Position numbers and translations under genes: made by a program. This document shows positions 21,374 to 31,397 of a stretch of DNA of 64,000 nt, piece after piece. Source of the DNA: Candidatus Eiseniibacteriota bacterium (GTDB taxonomy: Bacteria > Eisenbacteria > RBG-16-71-46); assembly GCA_036505355.1 (NCBI GenBank), contig DASXTP010000155.1, positions 3,182 through 67,181 of the forward strand, written 5' to 3'. How positions within the stretch are numbered: the stretch's first letter is position 1; every line of letters begins with the position of its first letter. The notes under the pieces are model-generated. The model saw only the letters and a list, made by a program, of their open reading frames with translations. It ran no database searches and was not told the origin of the DNA.

Positions 21374-23797
21374 CTACCAACGCGGTGCAGGAGGGGCAAG
21401 CCGACCGGCCAGCCCCGGCCGCGACTCGCGTGCCCGCTCGGGCGGGGACGCCGACCGAGTGCCGGGGATCTCGGCTCGCCAATCCAAGAGTTTCGCGCCG
21501 CTGGAATCGAGCTCGAACCACGCCGCCCCCATCTGATCCGTCCGATGGACGATCGCCCCGGCTCTGCGCAGCCGATCGAGCGCGCCGGCGTCAGGGTGGC
21601 CGAACGGATTGTTGCGCCCGCAGGAGATCACGGCATGGCGCGGCCGGAGGCGGGCCAGGAATCCGGCGCCGCTCGACGAGCCAGCACCATGATGAGCGAC
21701 CTTGAGAACCGCGACCTCCGAGTCAACCTCGAGCCACTGCTCGACGACGCTGTCCACATCGGCGGCGAGCAGCGCGCGGCCCAGACCACTGCCCCCTTCG
21801 AGCACCAAGGAGGCCACGTTGGGGTTGGCGAGCCCGGTGTCGGGGGGCGGCCAGCGCACGATCCACCGGGGCGCAACCGCCAGCGTGTCGCGGCGTTCGG
21901 CGGCGCGGGCGGCGAAGCGTCGGCCGGGTCCCGCGAGCCCCGGCAGCGCTGGAGGTGCGAATCGGCGGCGTACTGGCAGACTGCGGAGCACTGCCCAGGC
22001 ACCCCCGGTGTGGTCGGCATGATCGTGGGTCAGCACCAGCCCCTCGAGCCGGCGAATGCCGGCCCAGCGAAGGAATGGGACCACCACTTGGGCGCCGGCA
22101 TCGTGCCACGTCGAGCGTGGTCCGGCGTCCACCAGCCACCATCCACTTGGCAGGCCCAGGGCCAACGCGTCCCCCTGCCCCACGTCCAGTACCACCAACC
22201 ACCAGGACCCAGGTGGAGGAGTCAGCGGGCAGGCGGTTACGGCCAGGCCCAGCGACAGCACCGTCGCCAGCCCTCCGAACCACCCGGCTGCGACTCGGGG
22301 GCGCGACCATGGAGTGGCTCGGTGGTCGATGTCCCGCGGCGCAGAAGCCGAGAGCACGAGCAAGAGAGCACCGGCGGCTGCGAGGCACGCGATCGCCGGT
22401 TCGCTTCCGGTGGGCAGCAGCGCGAGCGGGGCCCGGGCGGCCGTGCCGGCGATCGTTCGCAGGGCCTGCGCCAGCACCTCGCAGGCGCCGAAAGCCCAGC
22501 GGCCCACCCCGGGGATCGCGCCCTCGAGGAACACGCCCAGCCAGGCCGCGGCCAGCAGCAGCCCGCCCACCGGCACCGCGATCAGGTTCGCGGCCAGCGT
22601 GGTCCACGGCAGGGCGTGGAAGCGCCCGATGAGGATCGGGAGCGACGTGACCTGGGCCGTCGCGGTCGGCACCGCGGGGGCGGCCAGCGCGGCCACCAGG
22701 CGGCTTGGATTCCGGCCGGAGGTCTCCTTCCACCAACCCCCGAGCACGACCAGGCCGAGGGTGGCTGCGCACGAGAGCTGAAATCCCAGGTCCTCCGCCC
22801 ACCCCGGCGCCACCGCCAGCAGCGCGATCGCGCTCAGGGCCAACGCCTGCAGCGGGTCGAGCGCCCGGTCGAGGAGTCGCGCCGCGGCGGTCAGCAGCTC
22901 GGTCGCGACGGCCCTCATCAGCGAAGGCAGAGGGCCCGCCAGCGCCGCGTAGAAGACCGCGCAGGCCGCGCCGGCCAGCGCTCGACTCCGGGGTCCCGCG
23001 CCGGCCAGTGCGCTCGCCCCGCGTGCCACCCCGGCGAGCCAGGTCACGTGGAGCCCGGAGAGCGCGAGCAGGTGCGTGAGCCCGGCGGCCTGGAGCTCGA
23101 CGCCCAGCTCGGGGGTCAGCCCCGACCGGTCGCCAACCACGAGCGGCGTGACCAGCTCGCGCGCTTGCGGAGTCAGCTCGCGCGCGAAGCAGCGCTCGAT
23201 CGCACGCCGCCACCGTACCGAGGTGGCGTGGGGCCAGCCATGCCAGCCAACGGTGGGCCCCCGTCGCGCGACCAGGGCGCGACCCTGAGCGACGATCCCG
23301 ATCGCCCCCGCTGCGGCCCGTGCCGATCCGCCGCCCGGGTTGCGCACCGAGGGCGGCCGCGCGAGGGCGACCAGCAGCTCCACCCGATCGCCCCACTCGA
23401 GGTCGGTCCCGACAGGCAGCCGCACTCGAACGCGGGCGCCCGCGGGAACGGGCGCGCCGCGACATTCGACCTGGACCACGGCCAGCGGCTCGCCGGACTC
23501 ACGGGAGGGATGGTCCACCACTCGCCCCACCAGCCAGCGCGGCGCGGCTTGGGCCGGCAACCATGCGGCGGCGCTGGTCAGCCGCGCCTCACCGGCTCCC
23601 CCCCGCGCGACCGCTGCCAAGGTCAGCGCGGCGATCAACAGCGCCGCGCCGGACCAACCGCGTGTCCGGGCAGCCGGCCAGACCAAGATCAAGGCCAGCG
23701 CCAGGCTCACCCAGGCAGCCGCGTCCCCCAGGTGTCGACCCGCCAGCGTCCCGATCCACAACGGCCCGACCCACAGCACCGCCCCTCTCCCACCCAT
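21374..23797 (-). CDS. comEC: DNA internalisation competence protein ComEC/Rec2
   Basis: Polytopic competence domain followed by a C-terminal metallo-beta-lactamase domain (LDVGQGDA, THDHADHTGG, KVAHHG). Confidence 0.88.
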   Translation of the reverse strand: MGGRGAVLWVGPLWIGTLAGRHLGDAAAWVSLALALILVWPAARTRGWSGAALLIAALTLAAVARGGAGEARLTSAAAWLPAQAAPRWLVGRVVDHPSRESGEPLAVVQVECRGAPVPAGARVRVRLPVGTDLEWGDRVELLVALARPPSVRNPGGGSARAAAGAIGIVAQGRALVARRGPTVGWHGWPHATSVRWRRAIERCFARELTPQARELVTPLVVGDRSGLTPELGVELQAAGLTHLLALSGLHVTWLAGVARGASALAGAGPRSRALAGAACAVFYAALAGPLPSLMRAVATELLTAAARLLDRALDPLQALALSAIALLAVAPGWAEDLGFQLSCAATLGLVVLGGWWKETSGRNPSRLVAALAAPAVPTATAQVTSLPILIGRFHALPWTTLAANLIAVPVGGLLLAAAWLGVFLEGAIPGVGRWAFGACEVLAQALRTIAGTAARAPLALLPTGSEPAIACLAAAGALLLVLSASAPRDIDHRATPWSRPRVAAGWFGGLATVLSLGLAVTACPLTPPPGSWWLVVLDVGQGDALALGLPSGWWLVDAGPRSTWHDAGAQVVVPFLRWAGIRRLEGLVLTHDHADHTGGAWAVLRSLPVRRRFAPPALPGLAGPGRRFAARAAERRDTLAVAPRWIVRWPPPDTGLANPNVASLVLEGGSGLGRALLAADVDSVVEQWLEVDSEVAVLKVAHHGAGSSSGAGFLARLRPRHAVISCGRNNPFGHPDAGALDRLRRAGAIVHRTDQMGAAWFELDSSGAKLLDWRAEIPGTRSASPPERARESRPGLAGRLAPPAPRW

Positions 23798-23926
23798 GCC
23801 CCGAACTCGGCGCCAGACTCGTGCCGGCTGGCGATGCGACTCACACGCGTCCCGGTCGCCACTTCGGTTCGCGTCGCGACGTCGGCGTTGTCCACGGCGT
23901 GGACGACGCCGACGCCCCGGCGGCGC

Positions 23927-26437
23927 TCAGCGGCCCCGAGGACGCGGGGGAGCTTCCGCCTTCACGCTCTGGAGCTCGGTGAAGTACTCGTCGCCCTGGG
24001 CGGTCAGGGCGCTGACGTAGTAGGAGGTGTGGCCCTGGGCCCCGAGCAAGAGGGTCGGGAACGGGATGGCTCCGACGGTGCCACTGGCCTCCGATTGGAG
24101 CAGGGTCATGGGATAGCGGCGCCATCGGCCTTCCGGTGTGCGAACGTGGAGCCACATCTCCCGCGGCTCTCCGGGCGGGGCATTCTCGAGCGTGGCGGAG
24201 ATCACCACCGGCTGCTCGGGAATCCGCACCGGTGCGGTCAGGGCCAAGCGGGGGTGCTCGTCTTCGAGCCCGAACTCGAAGCTCGCAAACCGCTGATTGC
24301 CGCCCGGCAGATCGATCACCTGGACCGGCGCCTCCTCGTCGCGGTAGGCCACGCGGACGCTGTGAGGCCCGCGAGGAAGCTCGAGCGTCAGCGGCAGGAC
24401 GCCGCGCGGCTGGCGGTCCACCCACACCCTGGCCCCGCTAAGCGGTTGGCTCTCTCCGTTCTCGGTGAGGACGGCGCCGATCTGGAGCAGGCCGGTGGCC
24501 GGCGATCGCAACGGGCGGGTGAGGATCTGCCGTGCCTCGCGCACCCGGATCTCCACGGTTTGTCCCCACGAGGCCATTCCTGGACCCGAGAAGCGCACCT
24601 CGTGAGGGCCGGGCGCCAGACTGTCGATGCGAAGCGGGGCGAAGCCCTCGGGCTGATCATCCACCGTCACCGTGATCGGCGCCCCGGGGTCGGGCGAGAT
24701 GACTTCCAGCGTTCCCCACAGCGGCACGTCGAGCGTCACCGGCTCGCGCTCCCCGCGCACTTCGTACGTCGCGCTGCCCAGATCCGGGAAGGAGAGGCCC
24801 ACTTGGTGCCTTCCGGGTCGCAGCTCGATCCTGGCCGGGGTGTGCGAGCCCAGGTTCTTCCCGTCCACGCTGACCCACGCTCCGGCCGGCCGGCTGCCGA
24901 GGACCAGCTCGAATCGCGGGCCGACGAGCCCCAGCCCTCGGAGTGTGGCGACCAGCGGGTTGGCGCGCCGCGACGCCGGCGGGGCGGTCTGGAGCGAGCC
25001 GAGCAACCAGCCGCCGCCGAACAGCAGTGCCACCAGCGCCGCCAGTCCTCCCCATTTCCACCACGCGACCGACGGCCGTTCGAGCTGCTCGATCGACGGC
25101 CACTCCGGCCGCCGAATCGGCGCCGGAGGCCGGCTGACCGGGGTCTCGGCCGGTTCGGCTCCACGCGGCCCCATCGGCTCCGTCTCCGCGGACGCCGTCG
25201 CGGGCAATGGTTCCAGGCGAGGAATCACGTCCAGGCGAGGAATCACGTCCAGCGGCGCCACGTCCGTCATGCCCAGGCCTTCCTCGGAGACCGCTGCGCT
25301 AGACGTTCCGACGGCCGGCGCGGTCCCCAGATCGAGTGGCGGCGTCTCACGGGGCAGCTGGATCGCCCGGGGGTCGAACACCTCACTCGCCCCGACCGTT
25401 TGGGCCGTGAGCTGACTCGGTTCCGGCGTAGGCGGAATGAGGTCGGGCACATCGGCGGACAGACCCACCGGCCACTTGAGCGATCGCACCGTCGGCGGCG
25501 CCGGCTCCCGCCCCTCCATTGCCACCGCTTCGAAGGGGAGCGGCTCGCCGCGCCCCGCGGGCTCCGGCATCGCGGGCTCGCCGGGCGAAAGCTTGACGGG
25601 TGCGACCTCCACGACGGGTGGAGAACGAGGCACCGACTCGGCCGCCGATGCTTCCGAGCCGGGCGCCGGCACGATCGAGCGCCGCGCCCCGCGCCGGCCG
25701 AGATAGCGCTCGAGCCAGCGCGACACTCCCCACGACGGCCTCACCGGCCGAGCCGGTTCCGACTCGGCGGCAGACGCTTCCAACGCGATCCACTCCGTCG
25801 AGGCGGCTGGGGTGGCAGGCTCCGGCCAGTGCTCACGACCCTCTGGCGAAGCGGGCTCAATCACCGGCACGGTCGCCGGCCCCCTGGTCCCCTGCCAGGT
25901 CGCCTCGAGGACCACGTCGGGTTCGGTGGCGTCCTCCGCAAGAGTTGGCCAGGACAGCCGCAGGTCAATGCGGCTTTCCGCGTCGGCGCACCAAGCCTTG
26001 GCTTCCCGGCCTTCTGCGTCGCGAACCACCGACCACGGGACATCGATCGGCTCCTGGTCGAGGAGGACGTCGACCTCGGCGTCTCCGACCCAGCCGATCC
26101 CGATCTGATGGCCGCCCGACGTCAAGGCAACCGAGCAGGGCGCCCGCGCTCCGCTGGGGCTCCAGACGGCGGCGTGAGAGAACAAGAGTCCGGTGAGAGC
26201 GTGGTGTAGCACGGCCGGAATCGGCGTCGTCGGCGTGTCGTCGCGGGCCGCCTGGTCGCGCGTCACCTGCATCACGTCGCGCAGCCAGCCTTCGACTTCT
26301 TCCCGCGTGAACCCGTCCGGCACTCCGAGGACTAGGACCTCGAGCCCCGGCGCCCGGACCTCGGCGGTCAGGAGTTCACCGCCCGCGCGGGCCGAAACTG
26401 CCCACTGCTCCGAGGCGTTCGCGATCGCTCGCATCAT
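23927..26437 (-). CDS. Single-pass membrane protein with PEGA-type domains; function unknown
   Basis: Central TM segment WWKWGGLAALVALLFGGGWLLG, then repeated carboxypeptidase-regulatory/PEGA-like beta modules (VDDQPEGFAPLRIDSLAPGPHEV). Start taken at MMRAI, with GGAGGGAG upstream; 26506 is an alternative start. Confidence 0.6.
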   Translation of the reverse strand: MMRAIANASEQWAVSARAGGELLTAEVRAPGLEVLVLGVPDGFTREEVEGWLRDVMQVTRDQAARDDTPTTPIPAVLHHALTGLLFSHAAVWSPSGARAPCSVALTSGGHQIGIGWVGDAEVDVLLDQEPIDVPWSVVRDAEGREAKAWCADAESRIDLRLSWPTLAEDATEPDVVLEATWQGTRGPATVPVIEPASPEGREHWPEPATPAASTEWIALEASAAESEPARPVRPSWGVSRWLERYLGRRGARRSIVPAPGSEASAAESVPRSPPVVEVAPVKLSPGEPAMPEPAGRGEPLPFEAVAMEGREPAPPTVRSLKWPVGLSADVPDLIPPTPEPSQLTAQTVGASEVFDPRAIQLPRETPPLDLGTAPAVGTSSAAVSEEGLGMTDVAPLDVIPRLDVIPRLEPLPATASAETEPMGPRGAEPAETPVSRPPAPIRRPEWPSIEQLERPSVAWWKWGGLAALVALLFGGGWLLGSLQTAPPASRRANPLVATLRGLGLVGPRFELVLGSRPAGAWVSVDGKNLGSHTPARIELRPGRHQVGLSFPDLGSATYEVRGEREPVTLDVPLWGTLEVISPDPGAPITVTVDDQPEGFAPLRIDSLAPGPHEVRFSGPGMASWGQTVEIRVREARQILTRPLRSPATGLLQIGAVLTENGESQPLSGARVWVDRQPRGVLPLTLELPRGPHSVRVAYRDEEAPVQVIDLPGGNQRFASFEFGLEDEHPRLALTAPVRIPEQPVVISATLENAPPGEPREMWLHVRTPEGRWRRYPMTLLQSEASGTVGAIPFPTLLLGAQGHTSYYVSALTAQGDEYFTELQSVKAEAPPRPRGR
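25213..25248. repeat. Perfect 18-bp tandem duplication inside the PEGA-protein CDS
   Basis: CCAGGCGAGGAATCACGT occurs twice in tandem, encoding DVIPRL-DVIPRL on the minus strand. Confidence 0.9.
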
Positions 26438-26702
26438 CTGAATGGGGGCTCCCTCCCCAACGCTCACGGCCGGCTCTCGATGGCACGCTATCGGAGGCCT
26501 CCGCAAGTGTCAATGTGGGACCGGGTTGTGGCATACGCCTTGCGACCGCCCGGAATGGGACGAGCCTTCCGATCCCAAGCCGCGAGCACTGAACGTGCGC
26601 GTCATGCACGTTTTGCGAGAACAGGGTTGCAAGTTGCACAAATCCTCTGTAGGTTGCCGCGGGTTTTCTCGCCTGGGGATGGCCCTACCGACAGGAGACG
26701 AG

Positions 26703-28568
26703 ATGCCGGTTCGCGCGATCATCCCGGCGGCCCTGCTGGCCGCCTGCATGATGTGGCTTGGTGCCGGAGACTGTCTGGCTCAAGCGTTTACGCCTTCCCT
26801 GCTGGCAGCCGTGCCAGCGGCCGATTCGTTGTCCCCGGCCGCTCGATCGATCGCCGCCGCGCGCGTCGCGTACCAGGCCGCATGGGCCCAGCGCCAGAGC
26901 GCCGAGTACAACATGGCGGTCGAGACCGCCGAGTCGGGGCTCGAGTTGCTCAAGGTGGCGCTCAAGGAGAACCCGGACGCCGCCACCCGACGCGAGTTGG
27001 TCGAGCTGAGGGCCCGCCTGATCGGAGTGCGGAACGCCGCCCGGCACCAGGAGCAGGAGCCCTCGGGATCTTCGGACAAGGCCGGGAACGAGCCCGACTC
27101 CCAAGTCCTGAACACGCCGGCAACCGAAAACCTCGAGCCGCAGTTCAATCCCCAAGTCTACCGCTACATCGAGTACTTCACGGGCGCCGGTCGTTCGGTG
27201 TTCGAGCGTTGGCTGAGGCGGTCGGGCCGCTACGTGAAGCTGTTCCGCGACGTGCTGCGCCGGGAAGGCTTGCCGACCGAACTCGTCCATCTGGTCTTCG
27301 TCGAGAGCGGGTTCAACCTGCACGCCCGTTCCGCCTCGGCGGCGGTTGGGCCGTGGCAGTTCCTCCGCTCCACGGGCCGTCTGTTCGGGTTGACCGTGAA
27401 CCAGTGGGTGGACGAGCGGAAGGACCCGGAGAAGTCCACGGTCGCGGCGGCGCGCTACCTCAAGCACCTCTACTCGATCTTCAACGACTGGCCGCTGGCC
27501 CTGGCCTCCTACAACGCCGGCGAAGGCACCATCCTGAGGGCCATCAAACGCCAGGGCACGACCAACTATTGGGATCTCAAGCTGCCTCGCCAAACCGAAG
27601 ACTACGTGCCGCAGTTCATGGCGGTGCTGGCCATCTCCCGCGACCCGGAGAAATACGGCTTCGACGACGTCGAACTCGACGATCCCATGGACTTCGACGA
27701 GGTCGCCCTGAAGGGCACGGTGGACCTGCGCGCCATCGCGCGACTGGCCGACTGCAGCGCCGAGGAGTTGCGAGACCTGAATCCGGCGGTGCTGCGCCAC
27801 GCCGCGCCGGAGCGGGACGGCGTGACCTCCTTACGGGTGCCGAAGGGCAAAGCCGAGATCATCTTGTCCAAGCTCGAGAGCGGCGTCGCGCTGCCCTCCG
27901 TGGACCTCACCGTGAAGCATCGGGTGCGGCGCGGCCAAACGCTCCAGGGAATCGCCAACCAATACCACGTCGACGCCAAGCAGCTCGCGCGAGACAACGG
28001 CATCGGCCGCGCGCACCCGCTGCGCCGGGGCATGGTGCTGACCGTCCGCTCCGGTTTGCGGGCCACGGCGATCCGGCCCGCCGAGCTGGATCCCGACGAC
28101 CCGCGGCGCTCGACCGATTACGTCCCTCCGCGCAACCTGAAGCTGCCCACCACCTCGTTCAACGCCGAATCCGACGCCGAGGGACGGATCACCCATACGG
28201 TGCGCCGCGGCGAGACCCTCGCTTCGATCGCCGAGAGGTACGACGTGTCGGCCGACGACATTCGGCGCTGGAACCGCCTCTCCTCCAGCCGTCTGCCGCG
28301 CGGCACGCGCTTGAAGATCCGCACCGGGGACGCCCGCAACAGCACCGCCGAAACGCTGGCCGCCGACAGCCTCCGCATCGCCGCCATCAAGGCTCCTCCC
28401 GCTCGCACGTCGCACCGGAGCGCCCGCCACACCGTCGTGGTGCGGCGGGGCGAAACGCTGAGCGGCATCGCCACCCGGCACGGCACGACGGTCCGCAGGC
28501 TCAAGCAGGCGAACGATCTGCGCGGCAATGTGGTTCGCGCCGGCCAGCGGCTGAAGATTCCGGCTTAG
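26703..28568 (+). CDS. mltD: Membrane-bound lytic murein transglycosylase (MltD-like) with multiple LysM domains
   Basis: Signal peptide [25 protein letters not shown] catalytic region ([23 protein letters not shown]...AYNAGEG). At least four LysM repeats (H.V.RGETL..IA..Y). Confidence 0.85.
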   Translation: MPVRAIIPAALLAACMMWLGAGDCLAQAFTPSLLAAVPAADSLSPAARSIAAARVAYQAAWAQRQSAEYNMAVETAESGLELLKVALKENPDAATRRELVELRARLIGVRNAARHQEQEPSGSSDKAGNEPDSQVLNTPATENLEPQFNPQVYRYIEYFTGAGRSVFERWLRRSGRYVKLFRDVLRREGLPTELVHLVFVESGFNLHARSASAAVGPWQFLRSTGRLFGLTVNQWVDERKDPEKSTVAAARYLKHLYSIFNDWPLALASYNAGEGTILRAIKRQGTTNYWDLKLPRQTEDYVPQFMAVLAISRDPEKYGFDDVELDDPMDFDEVALKGTVDLRAIARLADCSAEELRDLNPAVLRHAAPERDGVTSLRVPKGKAEIILSKLESGVALPSVDLTVKHRVRRGQTLQGIANQYHVDAKQLARDNGIGRAHPLRRGMVLTVRSGLRATAIRPAELDPDDPRRSTDYVPPRNLKLPTTSFNAESDAEGRITHTVRRGETLASIAERYDVSADDIRRWNRLSSSRLPRGTRLKIRTGDARNSTAETLAADSLRIAAIKAPPARTSHRSARHTVVVRRGETLSGIATRHGTTVRRLKQANDLRGNVVRAGQRLKIPA

Positions 28569-28712
28569 TTCGTCGGAGAGCACCCGACCCGCTTCGTGAG
28601 ACTCGCGACAGCGCGACCGGCAGGAGCCGTCGCGCGTCGGCGGGTCAGGGAGCGAAGCCAGGATGGCGCAGCGACCGGGTCTCGCGAAGCGGGTCGGGCG
28701 CTCTCCGACGAA
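28569..28712. repeat. Long imperfect inverted repeat between convergent genes (possible bidirectional terminator)
   Basis: 34-nt arms at 28569-28602 and 28679-28712 with 2 mismatches, flanking a ~76-nt spacer that itself contains GCGCGAC...GTCGCGC. Confidence 0.7.
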
Positions 28713-28725
28713 CAGGTCACTCCGT

Positions 28726-30003
28726 TCAGTGCTCCGGCTCGGGTCCGCGTAGCACGCCGCCCGCCGGGAGGTCGCCCGCGAAGTCGCGCTCGGCCACGTA
28801 CGGGCCGATCCGGGCGTTGCGCCCGACCCTGACGCGCTCCGGCAGGCGCGCTCCCTTGCCAACCACCAGCAGTCCGCTCGACAGGTGCTCGGGGCAAGCC
28901 CCGTTCGGTGCGGCCTCCTCGCCCCAGCCGACGCACGCCCCCTCGCCGATCGCTACTTCTTTGTCCAGGATGGCCCGGTCCACCGTCGCGCCGCGCCCGA
29001 TCTGCGTGTCGTGCATCACGATGCTCTCCGACACCACGGCGCCGCGCGACACGGTGACCCCGGGAAACAACACCGAGCGCACCACCCGGCCGGCAATCCG
29101 GCAGCCGTTGGCGATCAGGCTCCGCTCGGCACGGCCTCCGGGCTCGAACCTCACCGGAGGGCGATCCGCGCTCTGGGTGTGAATCACCCATTCGGCATCG
29201 TTGAGGTCGAGGGGCGGAGGATCCGAGACGAAGGCGAGGTTCGACTCGTAGTAGGAATCGAGCGTGCCGACGTCCTGCCAGTAGCCGTTGAACCGAAAGC
29301 CGTAGACGGCCTCACCTCGCGCCACCAGGCGCGGCAGCAGGTCCTTGCCGAAGTCGTGGCGCGACTCGGGCCGCTCGGCGTCCTCGACCAGCCACTGGAT
29401 CAGCGCGGACCGGTCGAACAAGTACACCCCCATCGATGCGAGTCGCGAACGGGCACGACGCGGCTTCTCTTCGAAACCCACCACACGGCCGCGTCGGTCG
29501 ATTTCGATGATCCCGAACGAGCTCGCCGCCCGCTCGGGCACTTCGGTGACTGCCACCGTGACCGAGGCGTAGTTGGCTTGGTGAAAGGCATACAGGGGAT
29601 CGTAGTTCATCTTGTAGACGTGATCGCCCGAAAGCACCAGCACGTGGTCGGCGCGGCGGCGCCTCAGATGCACCAGGTTGCGAAAGATGGCGTCCGCGGT
29701 GCCCTGATACCACTCGCTGGCCACCGAATCGAGCGACGGCTGCAGCAGCTGCACTCCGCCGCGCGTGCGATCGAGATCCCAGGGACGGCCGATCCCGACG
29801 TGCTCGTGGAGCGAGGTCGGGTGATATTGGGTGAGCACTCCCACGTCGAAGATGCCCGAGTTCACGCAGTTGGAGAGCGTGAAGTCGATGATGCGGTACT
29901 TGCCGGCGAACGGCACCGCCGGCTTGGCACGGCGCTCGGACAGCAGGCACAGCCGCGTGCCGAGCCCACCGGCCAGGATGAAGGCGTAGCGCGAGGCGCT
30001 CAC
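28726..30003 (-). CDS. glgC: Glucose-1-phosphate adenylyltransferase
   Basis: [29 protein letters not shown]-terminal left-handed beta-helix. The GTG start overlaps the upstream paralogue stop (GTGA). Confidence 0.88.
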   Translation of the reverse strand: MSASRYAFILAGGLGTRLCLLSERRAKPAVPFAGKYRIIDFTLSNCVNSGIFDVGVLTQYHPTSLHEHVGIGRPWDLDRTRGGVQLLQPSLDSVASEWYQGTADAIFRNLVHLRRRRADHVLVLSGDHVYKMNYDPLYAFHQANYASVTVAVTEVPERAASSFGIIEIDRRGRVVGFEEKPRRARSRLASMGVYLFDRSALIQWLVEDAERPESRHDFGKDLLPRLVARGEAVYGFRFNGYWQDVGTLDSYYESNLAFVSDPPPLDLNDAEWVIHTQSADRPPVRFEPGGRAERSLIANGCRIAGRVVRSVLFPGVTVSRGAVVSESIVMHDTQIGRGATVDRAILDKEVAIGEGACVGWGEEAAPNGACPEHLSSGLLVVGKGARLPERVRVGRNARIGPYVAERDFAGDLPAGGVLRGPEPEH

Positions 30004-31259
30004 CCCAGGTCCGCGTGCGCGGGATGATCCGGGATTCGCGTACCGGCCCGGACTTCGTTGCCCACGAAGTCCTCGGGCCCGGTCCCGACCCCCAGAACCG
30101 CCCCGCGCCCGACCCGCGCCCGGTCGGGAATGAGGGCGTACTTGCCGACAAGCGTGAGCCCGGCCACGCCGGACGCCTCGGGGCCCGCCGGTGGCTCCCC
30201 TTCGCCCACGCGCGCCGCGTCGCCTACCTGGACGAACTTGTCCACGATCGCGCGGTCCACCCGTGCCCCTCGCCCCACCCGCACGTCCTGCATGACCACC
30301 GAGTCCACCACCGCCGCCCCCGGCTCCACGGTGACCCCCGGAAACAGGATCGAGCGGCGCACCTTGCCCGCGACGCGGCAGCCGTTGGCCACCAAGCTGC
30401 TCTCGACGTCGGCCCCGGGCAAGGTCAGGACCGGCGGCCGTTCTTCGTCCCGGGTCAGGATCGGCCAGCGCGCATCGTGAAGCTGCAGACGCGGCTCGGG
30501 AGCCAGCAGCTCGAGACTCGCGCGATAGTAGGACGGCAGCGTGCCGACATCCTCCCAGTACCCCTCGAAGCCGTGCCCGTACACCGGCTGGCCGGATTCG
30601 ATCGCCGGGCGCAGCACGTCCAGCACTAGGTCCACCGGGTGACCGCGTAGGGCTTCGGCCAACACCTCCGACTCGAAGAGATAGATCCCCATCGAGGCGA
30701 ATCGCGCCGAAGTGGCCTTAGGCTTCTCGTCCAGCTGGTGCACCCGGCCCGAGCGGTCCAAGCTGGCCATGCCAAACCGGTGCACTTCGCTGGGCGCGAC
30801 CGTCGTCACCGCCAGGGTGGCCGCCGCGCCTCGCTCCTCGTGGGTGTGGAACAAGGCGCGGTAGTCCATCTTGTAGACGTGGTCGCCGGAGAGGATCAAT
30901 ACCTGGGACGCTCGGCTCGCCTCGATCAGGTCCCAGTTCTGGGCCACGGCGTCGGCGGTGCCCCGGTACCACCCCGCGTGTTCGCGGGTCAGATAGGGCT
31001 GGAGGATGCGCACGCCGCCTCCGCGGCGGTCGAGATCCCAGGGACGACCGGAGCCGATGTGATCGTGGAGCGAGGTCGGCGCGTGCTGGGTGAGTACCCC
31101 GACGCGCTCGATCTCCGAATGGCAGCAGTTGCTCAGCACAAAGTCGATGACCCGGTACTTGCCGCCGAACGGAATCGCGCTCACCGCTCGCTCGGAGGAC
31201 AGCACGCTCAGCCGATCACCGCTGCCGCCCGAGAGCACCAGCGCTATCGCGTGTCGCAC
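30000..31259 (-). CDS. Glucose-1-phosphate adenylyltransferase paralogue (GlgD-like, possibly regulatory)
   Basis: Same fold, but the motifs diverge (LSGGSGDRL; RAVSAIPFGGKYRVIDF lacks the Lys of RAKPA). GTG start with AGGAG upstream. Confidence 0.75.
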   Translation of the reverse strand: MRHAIALVLSGGSGDRLSVLSSERAVSAIPFGGKYRVIDFVLSNCCHSEIERVGVLTQHAPTSLHDHIGSGRPWDLDRRGGGVRILQPYLTREHAGWYRGTADAVAQNWDLIEASRASQVLILSGDHVYKMDYRALFHTHEERGAAATLAVTTVAPSEVHRFGMASLDRSGRVHQLDEKPKATSARFASMGIYLFESEVLAEALRGHPVDLVLDVLRPAIESGQPVYGHGFEGYWEDVGTLPSYYRASLELLAPEPRLQLHDARWPILTRDEERPPVLTLPGADVESSLVANGCRVAGKVRRSILFPGVTVEPGAAVVDSVVMQDVRVGRGARVDRAIVDKFVQVGDAARVGEGEPPAGPEASGVAGLTLVGKYALIPDRARVGRGAVLGVGTGPEDFVGNEVRAGTRIPDHPAHADLG

Positions 31260-31397
31260 ATCACTCTCCTTGGGGATCGAGCCGGGGAGGAATCGCGAAA
31301 CCGGAACCTACGGAGGGCGTACGGTCAAGTCAAGAACGCCGGCCGGTCGGTCGGTTTTGCCGCGTCCGCGCCGGGGCGCGGAGGTCGCCGGCCGCGT

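Noticed and set aside
21356-26209. 1617 aa plus-strand ORF, the longest in the track
   Set aside because: Its composition is Arg/Gly/Pro/Ala-rich low complexity with no recognisable domain. It is antisense to comEC and the PEGA protein, both of which have clear family signatures. It is a typical stop-codon-poor artefact of high GC.
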